A stretch of DNA of 64,000 nt from Candidatus Fermentibacteraceae bacterium (GTDB taxonomy: Bacteria; Fermentibacterota; Fermentibacteria; Fermentibacterales; JCC-6): NCBI GenBank assembly GCA_041750285.1, contig JBGSZS010000002.1:32001-96000 (forward strand). Reading direction: 5' to 3'. The translations under genes were made by a program, and so were the position numbers. The notes under the pieces were generated by a model. That model was not told where the DNA came from and ran no database searches. It saw nothing but the letters and a program-made list of their open reading frames with translations. Of this stretch, positions 18,681 through 28,322 are shown in pieces; position 1 is the stretch's first letter; the number at the start of each line of letters is the position of its first letter.

Positions 18681-21299
18681 ATGAACCAGGAAAGGTTTAC
18701 CATAAAGACAAGGGAGGCAGTGAACAGCGCTGTCGCCCGCGCATCTTCTTCCGGCAACCCCGAAGTTTCAGCCCTTCATCTTCTGCAGGCGCTGATCGAG
18801 CCGGGGGACGGAATCGTTTCCGGAATCCTCGGGCGGATGGAAGTTTCGGTCGAAGAACTCAGGCAAAGGGTTGAAGAAGCCCTGGCGAGGCTTCCAAGGG
18901 CTACGGGAGGAGCTGCGCCCCAGGCTTCCCGGGGTTTTCACAGGGCCCTTCAGGAGGCTGAAAAAGCCGCTTCCAGAATGAAGGACGATTTCGTTGCGAG
19001 CGAGCATCTCCTCATGGGAATACTGGCCTCGGGAGGCGAAACGGCGGCCCTGCTGACAGGTGCAGGTGTCACCGAGCCTGCTTTCCTTGAGGCGCTGAGG
19101 CATGTCAGGGGCTCATCCAGGGTCGCAAGCGAAAGCGCAGACGAGAGTTACGAGGCCCTGAACAAGTACTGCAGGGATCTGACGGCACTTGCCAGGCAGG
19201 AGAAGCTCGACCCAGTCATAGGCCGTGACGACGAGATCAGAAGGACGATGCAGGTGCTCTGCCGCAGGCGCAAGAACAATCCTGTCCTCATCGGCGAGCC
19301 GGGCGTGGGAAAGACGGCCATCGCCGAGGGACTCGCCGGGCGCATAGCCAGGGGCGACGTCCCCGAGAACCTGAAGAACCGCAGGCTCCTCATGCTCGAC
19401 CTGAGTTCACTGGTCGCGGGCGCGAAGTTCAGGGGCGAGTTCGAGGAGCGACTGAAGGCTGTTCTACAGGAGATCGCAGCCTCGGACGGCAGCGTCATCC
19501 TCTTCATTGACGAACTGCACACCCTGGTTGGCGCCGGGGCCGCCGAGGGCGCCATGGACGCGGCCAACATGCTCAAACCGGCTCTCTCACGCGGCGAGCT
19601 TCACTGCATTGGCGCAACCACCCTCGATGAGTACAGGAAGCATATCGAGAAGGACGCCGCCCTCGAGAGGAGGTTTCAACCCATACTCATCGAAGCCCCC
19701 TCGGTCGATGACACCATTAGCATTCTCAGGGGCATCCGCGAGAAGTACGAGGTCCACCACGGCATAAGGATACTCGACTCGGCGATAATCGCGGCGGCAC
19801 GCCTCAGCGACAGATACATCACTGACCGCTTCCTGCCGGACAAGGCCATCGACCTTGTCGACGAGGCCGCAAGCAGGATACGCATCGAGATAGACAGCAT
19901 GCCCGCGGCGATAGACGAGATAAGGCGGCGCATGACCCAGCTGGAGATAGAGAGGGAGGGTCTGCGGCGCGAGGACGACAAATCGGCGAGGGAGAAGGCC
20001 CGGCTTGTTGAAAGACAGCTCGTAGAGCTGAAGGAGGAGCGAGGGGCGCTCGAGTCCCGCTGGATGACCGAAAAGGAACTCATCGAGAAAGTGAGGGAGC
20101 TCAAGCGGGGCCAGGAGGAACTGAGGGCGCAGGAGAAGAAGGCTGAAAGGGAGGGCGACCTGCACAGGGTGGCCGAGATCCGCTACGGGGCACTGAGGGA
20201 ATGCGAATCCTCCCTTGAGCAGGCACGGGAGAAGCTGCAGAAAGCCCAGGAAAAGGGTTCGATGCTCACCGAGGAGGTGACTCCCGAGCACATCGCGCAG
20301 GTGGTTTCCCGATGGACCGGGATTCCGGTCGCCCGGCTGCTTCAGGGCGAAAGGGAGAGGCTGCTCACAATGGAGGAGAGCCTCGGGAAGCGCGTTGTGG
20401 GTCAGAAACATGCCGTCGAATCGGTCAGTCAGGCAATACGGAGGTCGAGGGCGGGAGTGCAGGACCCGAACCGGCCGCTCGGTAGCTTCATTTTCATGGG
20501 CCCCACGGGCGTGGGCAAGACCGAACTCGCAAGGACCCTCGCCGACTTCCTCTTCGACAGCCCCGACGCCATGGTCCGGCTGGACATGAGCGAATTCATG
20601 GAGAAACATTCGGTCTCCAGGCTCATCGGAGCGCCTCCGGGGTATGTTGGCTACGAAGAGGGGGGACACCTCACCGAGGCCGTACGCAGAAGGCCGTACT
20701 CGGTCATCCTTTTCGACGAGATCGAGAAGGCCCACCCCGAAGTCTTCAACATCTTCCTCCAGATACTCGACGAAGGCCGGCTCACTGACGGGCAGGGGCG
20801 TACCGTCGACTTCCGGAACTCCGTGCTGATAATGACTTCCAACCTGGGGAGCGACTGGATAGGTACCCTGGGCAGGGACCTTCCCCGTGCGGAGGTTCTG
20901 AGGAGGGCCATGACGGAGCTCGAAAGCCGGTTCCGTCCCGAGTTCATCAACAGACTGGACGAGGTGATCGTGTTCAACAGCCTGACCAGGGAAGAGATAC
21001 GCCGGATAGTCGAGATCCAGTTCGCCAGCCTGAACCGGGTGCTTTCCTCGCAGGACATCGCGATAGTCCCCTCCAGGGAAGCGCTGGAACTTCTGGCAGA
21101 GCTGGGCTGGGACCCCTCATACGGCGCAAGACCCCTCAAACGAGTGATCCAGAGGGAGGTACAGAACAGGGTCGCCGAAGCCATCCTGAGGGGTGACATC
21201 TGCCCGGGTCAGCGAGTGGAGCTCGTGGCAGCGGGATCCGTTCTCGAATTCGTCACCGAGGGCGCGTGCAGGGAAGCGGATTCCCCGGACGAGTCCTGA
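18681..21299 (+). CDS. clpB: ATP-dependent chaperone ClpB
   Basis: Two AAA+ modules (GEPGVGKT, GPTGVGKT), coiled-coil M domain, GARPLKR. Confidence 0.97.
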   Translation: MNQERFTIKTREAVNSAVARASSSGNPEVSALHLLQALIEPGDGIVSGILGRMEVSVEELRQRVEEALARLPRATGGAAPQASRGFHRALQEAEKAASRMKDDFVASEHLLMGILASGGETAALLTGAGVTEPAFLEALRHVRGSSRVASESADESYEALNKYCRDLTALARQEKLDPVIGRDDEIRRTMQVLCRRRKNNPVLIGEPGVGKTAIAEGLAGRIARGDVPENLKNRRLLMLDLSSLVAGAKFRGEFEERLKAVLQEIAASDGSVILFIDELHTLVGAGAAEGAMDAANMLKPALSRGELHCIGATTLDEYRKHIEKDAALERRFQPILIEAPSVDDTISILRGIREKYEVHHGIRILDSAIIAAARLSDRYITDRFLPDKAIDLVDEAASRIRIEIDSMPAAIDEIRRRMTQLEIEREGLRREDDKSAREKARLVERQLVELKEERGALESRWMTEKELIEKVRELKRGQEELRAQEKKAEREGDLHRVAEIRYGALRECESSLEQAREKLQKAQEKGSMLTEEVTPEHIAQVVSRWTGIPVARLLQGERERLLTMEESLGKRVVGQKHAVESVSQAIRRSRAGVQDPNRPLGSFIFMGPTGVGKTELARTLADFLFDSPDAMVRLDMSEFMEKHSVSRLIGAPPGYVGYEEGGHLTEAVRRRPYSVILFDEIEKAHPEVFNIFLQILDEGRLTDGQGRTVDFRNSVLIMTSNLGSDWIGTLGRDLPRAEVLRRAMTELESRFRPEFINRLDEVIVFNSLTREEIRRIVEIQFASLNRVLSSQDIAIVPSREALELLAELGWDPSYGARPLKRVIQREVQNRVAEAILRGDICPGQRVELVAAGSVLEFVTEGACREADSPDES

Positions 21300-21467
21300 A
21301 CGATGAGTACGGTTCGCACACCCATCCTCCCCTGAGGAACATTCGGCGAAAACACCGGTATCTTTCAATCCCGGGCGGGTCCCGGGGAATGGCTTGCGGA
21401 ACTCCGTCACGTTGCGGGACTTCGCTGGAATACCGCATATTACGCCACCGTACCGAAAGGGGATACC

Positions 21468-22919
21468 TTGAAAGTCGCGCTCGTCGTCCCCCCCTGGGGA
21501 CCCGATGACATAAGGGCGAAGGACACCCGCGGGATCGCCGGCTGCTGGCCCACCCCGGGCATGCAGTACATCGCGGGCGAGCTTCGCCGGCGCGGCCACC
21601 GGGTCATCTATCTCGAGGGTTTTTTCCATTCCAACGAAGAGATGCGCAAACGGGTCGCGGCATTCGGGGCCCAGGCTCTGGGCGTTTACGTCATCAGCCT
21701 TCTCTGGCACAAGGCCGAACCATTCATCAGGGGCGCCCGGGCTGACAATCCGGGTCTTTTCACCTTCATCGGCGGGCACGGGGCCACGGCCATGCCCGAA
21801 CACATGCTTTCCGAGTGTCCGGAACTCGACGCCGTGGTCACCGGAGAAGGGGAACAGACGAGTGGCGAGATGATCGACACGATCGAGAGGGGCGGAGACC
21901 TCTCCGGTGTCAGGGGGCTTTACATGCGTGACGCTTCCGGGGCGGCTGTCTTCACCGGTGAGCGCCCGCTGGTTTCCAACCTCGACGAACTGGCCTTCCC
22001 TGCCGTCGACCTTTGCGAGATGGAGCGGTACTTCCCCAGTTTCGAGCAGGTTTCCACCGTTCCGGTGATGCAGATACTCGCAAGCAGGGGCTGCAACGGG
22101 ACCTGTCTTTACTGCTACAAAATGTACGGCAGGCACATTCGTCTTCGATCCCCCGCCCGTGTGGTTGACGAGATAGAGCACTACGTAAGGTACTACGGAG
22201 CACGCGAGATCAAGTTCTGGGACGAGCACTTCACATACAGCCACAGGCATACCTACGAATTCTGCGAAGAGATGATCAGACGGGGCGTGAATGTCCGCTG
22301 GTGGTGCTCGTGCAGGGCTGACGCGGTCGACAGGAGGATACTCAGGGCCATGAAGGCCGCCGGCTGCTGGTGCATCAACTTCGGTGTCGAGAGCGGGGTA
22401 CAGAAGAACCTCGACACACTGATGAAGCACGAGACCCTTGAACGCATCAGGCTGGCCGTAAGGCTCGCCCACAGCGTGGGGATCAAGACCCATACGACAT
22501 ACATTTTCGGCATCCCGGGCGAAACCTTCGAAGAAGGGCTTGAGACCATCAGGTTCGCCAAGAGCCTGGGGAGTTTCACCGTCGAGTTCTTCCCCATCAC
22601 GCCGTTCCCCGGCACCCCGATGTTCAAGGGAATCCAGCAGGGCAGGTTCGGTACCATGAGCGAGAAGCTCAATGACCAGGGGATGCTCCTCGACAGGCCC
22701 TGCTTCGTCCCGTTCACCATGAACGGCGACCAGATCATGGAACTGCGCAGGCTGGCATACATCCGTTACTTCTTCAGGCCGTCGTTCCTTTACTACAGGC
22801 TCACGAACATCACCAGCGCCTTCCAGCTAAGGGCTGTCTGGCACGGCGCGAAGAGCCTTCTGATGATGCTGGGTGAGCAGCTCGGCCTGGTCCGCGGGAA
22901 AAGGAAGGTCCATCCCTGA
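21468..22919 (+). CDS. B12-binding radical SAM protein
   Basis: N-terminal cobalamin domain (IGGHGAT, GEGE), SRGCNGTCLYC, FGVESG. Confidence 0.9.
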   Translation: MKVALVVPPWGPDDIRAKDTRGIAGCWPTPGMQYIAGELRRRGHRVIYLEGFFHSNEEMRKRVAAFGAQALGVYVISLLWHKAEPFIRGARADNPGLFTFIGGHGATAMPEHMLSECPELDAVVTGEGEQTSGEMIDTIERGGDLSGVRGLYMRDASGAAVFTGERPLVSNLDELAFPAVDLCEMERYFPSFEQVSTVPVMQILASRGCNGTCLYCYKMYGRHIRLRSPARVVDEIEHYVRYYGAREIKFWDEHFTYSHRHTYEFCEEMIRRGVNVRWWCSCRADAVDRRILRAMKAAGCWCINFGVESGVQKNLDTLMKHETLERIRLAVRLAHSVGIKTHTTYIFGIPGETFEEGLETIRFAKSLGSFTVEFFPITPFPGTPMFKGIQQGRFGTMSEKLNDQGMLLDRPCFVPFTMNGDQIMELRRLAYIRYFFRPSFLYYRLTNITSAFQLRAVWHGAKSLLMMLGEQLGLVRGKRKVHP

Positions 22920-23908
22920 CCCTTACTGTCGTCATCCCGGTACACAACAGCTCTGAGACACTTGGCCTTGTGATTCCATCCGTGCAGCGCGAACTGGGCC
23001 CCGAAGACAGGGTCCTGGCTGTCGACGACAGGTCTTCCGACGATTCCGCGGGCGTTCTCGACGGGCTGGGAGTTCCCGTTGCGGAATCGACCGGGAAACC
23101 CGGCGCGGCCGGGACCAGGAACACCGGAGGCATGGCCGCCTCCACGGACTGGATCCTGTTCCTCGATTCCGACGCGGTACCGGAGCCCGGCTGGAGGGCC
23201 GTTCTGGAAGAGGCGACGGGGAAGGCCGACGCCGTCCAGGCCGTGTACGGGCCCGAAGCTCCGGGGAAGGGCACGGCCACGTTCTACAAGAACTACTACT
23301 ACCACCACACTTTCACAAGAAGGATCCGCGGTCCCTACATAAAGGGATGCGGGACTTTTTTCTTCGCAGTGCGGACCCGTGTTTTCAGGGAACTCGGCGG
23401 GTTCGACGAGAACATTGCCGGGGCCACGATAGAAGATGCAGACTTTTCAGAGAGGCTGTGGGCCGGCGGCGGCAGGATACTCATCGCTCCCGGGATACGG
23501 GTCTTTCACCTGAGGGAGTACTCAATGGGCGAGTTCTTCCGGTACGAATGGAACATGATGCGGGCCAAGGCTCTGTACATTCTCAGGCGAAGCCCTGAAA
23601 GGGGCGCTCCCTCGATAAGCGTGGCCGGTTTCTCCGAGATGTTCCCCGTTCTGGGCGGGGCCTTTCTCTCGTGGTTTGCCGTATTCGCCGCGATTCTATG
23701 GGCGGCTGGCGTGAGCCTGGCCGCGTGGTGCCTTCTTTTCGGGGTGGCGCTTGGCGCGGCCCTGCAGCTTCCCCTTTGCTTTCACATGACCAGGGAAGGC
23801 GGTTTCAGGGGTCTGCGGGCATGCCTCCTCATCGTTCCCGACCTCCTTCTCATCGTTCCCGCTTCACTTTCGGCGGTGTTTTCAGCCATCAGGGGAAGAC
23901 GGTACTGA
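22916..23908 (+). CDS. Glycosyltransferase family 2 with C-terminal TM helices
   Basis: TVVIPVHN, VDDRSSD, GTRNTG, FLDSD, GGFDE; reading frame extends to CTG 22916. Confidence 0.88.
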   Translation: MTLTVVIPVHNSSETLGLVIPSVQRELGPEDRVLAVDDRSSDDSAGVLDGLGVPVAESTGKPGAAGTRNTGGMAASTDWILFLDSDAVPEPGWRAVLEEATGKADAVQAVYGPEAPGKGTATFYKNYYYHHTFTRRIRGPYIKGCGTFFFAVRTRVFRELGGFDENIAGATIEDADFSERLWAGGGRILIAPGIRVFHLREYSMGEFFRYEWNMMRAKALYILRRSPERGAPSISVAGFSEMFPVLGGAFLSWFAVFAAILWAAGVSLAAWCLLFGVALGAALQLPLCFHMTREGGFRGLRACLLIVPDLLLIVPASLSAVFSAIRGRRY

Positions 23909-23909
23909 G

Positions 23910-25670
23910 ATGAAGCCGAAATGCCTTGTCGCGGGCATCATCCTGCTGGTGGTCTTCGCGGTGTACGCCCTGGGGGGCGGCCGCCTTCAGGGTCCGGCGG
24001 ACAAGGCGGTTCAGCTCGTCCTGCTGGTTCCCGCCGCCCTGCTTTTCGCCATGGCCCTCAGGGGATGGAACGCCCCTTCACATTTGCTGAGAGACTTCCT
24101 GATGCACGGAAGCGAGGCCCGCTTCGTGCTTCTTTTGCCCCTGCTTGCGGCAGGCATCACTGCCTGGATCGCCTACGGCCCGCTCGAAGGCATTCCCAAG
24201 GGCGGTGACGAGGCGGCCTACCTGTTTCAGAGCCGGATCTACGCACGCGGCCAGGCGTGGGCGCCCGAACCCGCGGTTTCCTCCCCCCGCGACCTCTTTC
24301 CATTCAGGCACTTCATCTTTGACAGGGGCCGGTGGTTCGTGATGTACACACCCATTCACGCCCTTCTCATGGCCCCTTTCACCCGGACCGGGCTGAACGC
24401 CCTCATGGGGCCGCTTCAGGGCGCCCTCTCCCTGGCCGGGGCCTACCTGCTCTTCCGAAGGCTTGCCGGACGGGCCACGGCAAGGCTGGGCGTTCTTGTC
24501 ATGGCCGTGTCTCCTTTTTTCCTGTTCATGGCCTCGACGCACATGGCGCACAACTCCGAGCTGCTTTTCGTGACATGGGCCCTGTACTTCCTTGTAAGGG
24601 CTTTTCAGACCTCCGGCAGGACAATGTACGCGGTTGCCGGTTTCCTCCTGGGCATGGCACTCTGCGCCAAACCCTACACCCTCCTTCCCTGGGCGCTTTC
24701 CATCGGGCTGGTCCTTTTCGCCAGGCTGAAGGCGGGAGCCCTGAAGGCGCTTCTCTTCATTTCCCTGGGCGCTTTGCTTCCAGTGGCGTTCTTCCTCTGG
24801 TCCAACGCCCTTTACACCGGCGACCCCATGTCACCTGCGTACAACCTGGCCCGCGGAGGCAGCCTGGTGGGGTTCGGACCCGGCAGGGCATGGTTCCCCG
24901 AGTACGGCGATCACGCACACACCCCGCTCCGGGGGCTTCTGAACATCGCGAAGCAGGCGGGGGCGGGGAGCACGATACTCCTGGGGTGGCCATTCCTCTC
25001 ACTGGTCCCTCCGCTTCTGGTGCTTCTGAACAGGGCTCTGGCAGGGAAGTGGAAGACGCTCTTCCTGCCGATACTGGCGGTTGTCCCGTTCATGTTCATC
25101 CACTACGCCGCAGCAATCGACTACGGTCCACGGCACTACTACACGACTCTCCCAGCCTTCGCGCTTCTTTGCGCCCTGGGCATGAGGGAGGCGGTGCGGC
25201 GGTGGGGGAACACGGCGGTGCTCTTCATCGGCACCCTCTTCATCCTGACCACGTTCATGGTATACATTCCCGACGGGATCGCCCTTCGAAGCGGGCCGTG
25301 GCAGACCATTGACGGGATTCCCGCCGGTCTGGCGACGGCGAACGCGACCCCCCCCGCAGTCGTGTTCATGGAGGCTGGTGAGCACGGCTACCCCAGCATC
25401 ATGAGCGGGCTTCTGGCGACCGACCCCTTCCTCGAAGGCGACATGGTCTTCTGTGCCCACCAGACCCCCGGGGAGGACATGGCAGCCATGGAAACGGTCT
25501 TCCCCGGAAGAAACCCGTACCTGTTCCACATGGAGGGCGACCGGGGCGTTATCGAACCCTGGACCCCTGAAAGGGCAGCGGCCCTGACGCCCGAACGGGA
25601 GCTGCGCCCGTCCTGGGCGCCTTCGAACGTTCAGATTCAGCGGGCTGAACCGCCCTGCCCATCGCCCTGA
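23910..25670 (+). CDS. GT-C fold (ArnT/PMT-like) membrane glycosyltransferase
   Basis: GDEAAYLFQ loop after the N-terminal TMs, many TM segments, YGPRHY. Confidence 0.72.
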   Translation: MKPKCLVAGIILLVVFAVYALGGGRLQGPADKAVQLVLLVPAALLFAMALRGWNAPSHLLRDFLMHGSEARFVLLLPLLAAGITAWIAYGPLEGIPKGGDEAAYLFQSRIYARGQAWAPEPAVSSPRDLFPFRHFIFDRGRWFVMYTPIHALLMAPFTRTGLNALMGPLQGALSLAGAYLLFRRLAGRATARLGVLVMAVSPFFLFMASTHMAHNSELLFVTWALYFLVRAFQTSGRTMYAVAGFLLGMALCAKPYTLLPWALSIGLVLFARLKAGALKALLFISLGALLPVAFFLWSNALYTGDPMSPAYNLARGGSLVGFGPGRAWFPEYGDHAHTPLRGLLNIAKQAGAGSTILLGWPFLSLVPPLLVLLNRALAGKWKTLFLPILAVVPFMFIHYAAAIDYGPRHYYTTLPAFALLCALGMREAVRRWGNTAVLFIGTLFILTTFMVYIPDGIALRSGPWQTIDGIPAGLATANATPPAVVFMEAGEHGYPSIMSGLLATDPFLEGDMVFCAHQTPGEDMAAMETVFPGRNPYLFHMEGDRGVIEPWTPERAAALTPERELRPSWAPSNVQIQRAEPPCPSP

Positions 25671-25710
25671 CCCGGAGCTGTTCCATCCCGTCTTAATCGC
25701 CCTGCGTCAA

Positions 25711-25856
25711 CGCGCACCTCTGCGCGGGTAGTCGGTTCCGTTCAGGGTGAGACTTTCCCGCGCCATGCCCGCACGGCACAAAGGGTTTGCCTGTGGAAGG
25801 ACTAACCCTCTTTGATGGCTTGGGCGGGAATCATGTTCGTTCGGACCCCTGAAGCC
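25711..25856. ncRNA. Candidate structured RNA/DNA element of unknown family
   Basis: Nested complementary segments (see findings). Confidence 0.5.
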
Positions 25857-26510
25857 TTACAGTGCCGGTACTGCTGCCTGAAGCTCCGACAACAGCAGTG
25901 CCGCCTCTCCGGGCAGCCCTGTGAGAAGTTCGGCTGTGCTTGACAGCTCAGCCAGTATCATCGGGAGATGCACTGCGTTTACACCCGCGAAGTCATCCGG
26001 TGCCGAGGCTGCCAGGTTCGCACTGGCTGCCGCAAGCTCCGTGACGGTTTCGGGCAGAGCCGTGAGACCATCTATCGACGCGGGAATGAAGAGCTTCAGG
26101 GTTGAGAAGGTTTCGAACTGCTCGCTGTCCTCGATGCTGTTAAGGAACTCCTCATCACCGAGAGCTTTTGCCAGCATTTCGGTGTCGGTGATGGTCTGCA
26201 GCATCTGTACCGTCCGGTGTGCAAGCTGGATAGTCCCGCGCATGCGGCTCGCCTCATAGAAGAATTCGTCATACTCACGCATGTCAGTTTGAAGATAGGT
26301 CAAGGAATCAAGCTCGAATGGGTTCGGATCGTCAAGGGATCTGAATGCGTTGTGAACCTGAGAAGGAAGAAGCGTTACATGGATGGCTTCATTGGGCAGC
26401 TCAATCTCGCCGGGATCCGGTATCTCCGGCAGCCCGAATCCGTCGGATGTACTCACGAAGGCTGCAATTGCAGCCAGAAGGAACAGAAATGCACACTGGT
26501 TTCCAGACAC
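25857..26510 (-). CDS. Hypothetical secreted, acidic, helical protein
   Basis: Signal-like AFLFLLAAIAAFV after GTG 26510; no recognisable motif. Confidence 0.6.
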   Translation of the reverse strand: MSGNQCAFLFLLAAIAAFVSTSDGFGLPEIPDPGEIELPNEAIHVTLLPSQVHNAFRSLDDPNPFELDSLTYLQTDMREYDEFFYEASRMRGTIQLAHRTVQMLQTITDTEMLAKALGDEEFLNSIEDSEQFETFSTLKLFIPASIDGLTALPETVTELAAASANLAASAPDDFAGVNAVHLPMILAELSSTAELLTGLPGEAALLLSELQAAVPAL

Positions 26511-26733
26511 GGCACCACCCCTTTTCCCCTTGGTCGAACGACAGAGTAAAACTATTAATGCTTCGGTCACTTCCGTCAACGCGGTGAATCAGCTTCATCT
26601 TCGGGTTTATTCAGTGCAGCCTCAGCCAGTGCTTCGGCATTGAAGGAGGATCCAGGGTCATGCCGGGACGCTGGTGGCCGGCAGGTGTATCAGGGCGGTT
26701 GACCGGTCTCCCGCCCTTGCATGCACTCATCCT

Positions 26734-27456
26734 CTACGCTTTCACCCCGACGGCAAGCACAGCCGACGCCCCCGCGAAACCGACCCGTTTCAGCCTTTCG
26801 CGGAGCATGGCGCCACGGGCGATGAGCTCCGGATGCCCTTCCGCCCTGGCCATGCAGCTCTGGATCGTCTTTTCGAGGTAGGCGGCGTTTTCCGGGTCCC
26901 TGGGGTCGGTCTCCATGTCGGTCTGAACGGCTGAGAGCACGCCGGCCAGCCCGAGTTCCACCGGGATGGCCTCGATCTCGCCGCGCGTCAGGGTGACGTT
27001 GTGGACAGTGCCGGAAAGCCTGTCCACGTCGCCCCACCAGTGGTGCAGCATGACATGGGTCTGCTGGGGTTCGGTCTGCCCGCCGTCACGGAACATCTCT
27101 CTCAGGATGAAGAGCCCTCCGGGTCTCAGGACCCTGATCATCTCCCGGAGGATGGCCTGGGGATCCCGGAAATGGTGGATCGAGTTGGCGACCGCAACGG
27201 CGTTGAAGGTTCCTTCCGGGAAGCAGAGCCGTTCCCCCGAGGCCAGAACCGGGAAGACGGGGTCATCCCTGAAGGCGCCGGCAACTGCGCGCAACGCGTT
27301 CGGTGATGTGTCTACTGCCGTGACGGTGCTTTTCGGTGCGGCGTGGTGGCGCAGAAACCCTATGAAGCTTCCGTTTCCCGTGGCCACGTCAAGAATGCGT
27401 CCGCCGAGCCTTTGCTCCAGGAACGCCCCGATCATCTCTTCGGTTCCGATAATCAA
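26734..27456 (-). CDS. Class I SAM-dependent methyltransferase
   Basis: ILDVATGNG, FPEGTFNAV, RVLRPGG. Confidence 0.85.
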   Translation of the reverse strand: MIIGTEEMIGAFLEQRLGGRILDVATGNGSFIGFLRHHAAPKSTVTAVDTSPNALRAVAGAFRDDPVFPVLASGERLCFPEGTFNAVAVANSIHHFRDPQAILREMIRVLRPGGLFILREMFRDGGQTEPQQTHVMLHHWWGDVDRLSGTVHNVTLTRGEIEAIPVELGLAGVLSAVQTDMETDPRDPENAAYLEKTIQSCMARAEGHPELIARGAMLRERLKRVGFAGASAVLAVGVKA

Positions 27457-27539
27457 CCTCCCCGGTGTATTGCGCAGCTTCCGGCCATTTCGTAGTGTTT
27501 GCCGTCCAGTGTTTCCAAATGAATGAGAAGAGCTAGGAA

Positions 27540-28250
27540 ATGAACTTTACCTGTTTCATGCCCGCGTACAATACGGGCAGATTCATCGAGGGTGTTATAA
27601 GGAACATCCCGCCCGGGGCGTGGGACTCCATTGACACTCTTCTGGTGGTCGACGACGGCTCCACCGACGACACCGCCGAGATCGCAACCGGCCTGACCGC
27701 CCATTTCCCCAAGATCCAGTTGATCCGGCACGACAGGAACCGCGGCTACGGCGCCGCCCAGAAGACGGCCTTCGACTGGGCCGTTTCGCGGCGGGCAAGT
27801 GGCGTGGTCATGCTCCACTCCGACGGGCAGTACCCCCCCGACTTCCTCCTGAAAATGATCGCCCCCCTCAGGGAGGGCGCCGACGTCGTGGGGGGAAGCC
27901 GAACCATGTACGGAGACATGAGGAAGGGCGGGATGAGCCAGGCCAGGTACTGGGGCACCGTTGGCCTGAACGGTCTTGAGAACCTCGTGTTCCGCGCGAA
28001 ACTGACGAGCTACCACAGCGGCTACAAGGCGTACAGCCTCGGGGCCCTCGAGCGCATCCCTTACCGCGGATACTCCGACACGTTCAACTTCGATTCGGAG
28101 ATGCTCGTCGGCGCCATCAGACAGAAGCTGACCGTCGTCGAGGTGCCCATCCCCACCCTGCACGGCCAGGGCTACTCCAGCCTTAAACCCATCCCCTACG
28201 GCCTGAGCGTCCTGCACACGATCTGGAAGTTCCTTGTAAAGAAGATCTAG
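27540..28250 (+). CDS. Polyprenol-phosphate glycosyltransferase (GT2, DPM1-like)
   Basis: MPAYN, VDDGSTD, NRGYGAA, HSDGQY, GSR, SGYKAY, FDSEM. Confidence 0.88.
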   Translation: MNFTCFMPAYNTGRFIEGVIRNIPPGAWDSIDTLLVVDDGSTDDTAEIATGLTAHFPKIQLIRHDRNRGYGAAQKTAFDWAVSRRASGVVMLHSDGQYPPDFLLKMIAPLREGADVVGGSRTMYGDMRKGGMSQARYWGTVGLNGLENLVFRAKLTSYHSGYKAYSLGALERIPYRGYSDTFNFDSEMLVGAIRQKLTVVEVPIPTLHGQGYSSLKPIPYGLSVLHTIWKFLVKKI

Positions 28251-28276
28251 GGGACGGACTTAGTTTTTTTAGTTTG
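28250..28276 (+). repeat. Dispersed repeat copy 2, GGGGACGGACTTAG-N5-TTAGTTTG
   Basis: GGGGACGGACTTAGTTTTTTTAGTTTG, inverted relative to 14574-14600. Confidence 0.75.
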
Positions 28277-28322
28277 TTGCCGTAAGACATTGGTCTGCAA
28301 TAAATAAGCAACAAAGCTACAC

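Noticed and set aside
25727..25762. RNase P RNA or group I intron fragment (minus strand GGGAAAGTC…ACGGAACCGACTA)
   Set aside because: Far too short, and the other conserved regions are absent
25760..25800. c-di-GMP-I riboswitch (minus strand ACAGGCAAACC)
   Set aside because: No GAAA tetraloop or GACGCAAAGC segment follows, and the site is 3' of both neighbours
25711..25860. Integron attC site after the orphan gene
   Set aside because: No RYYYAAC…GTTRRRY boundaries and no integrase in the window
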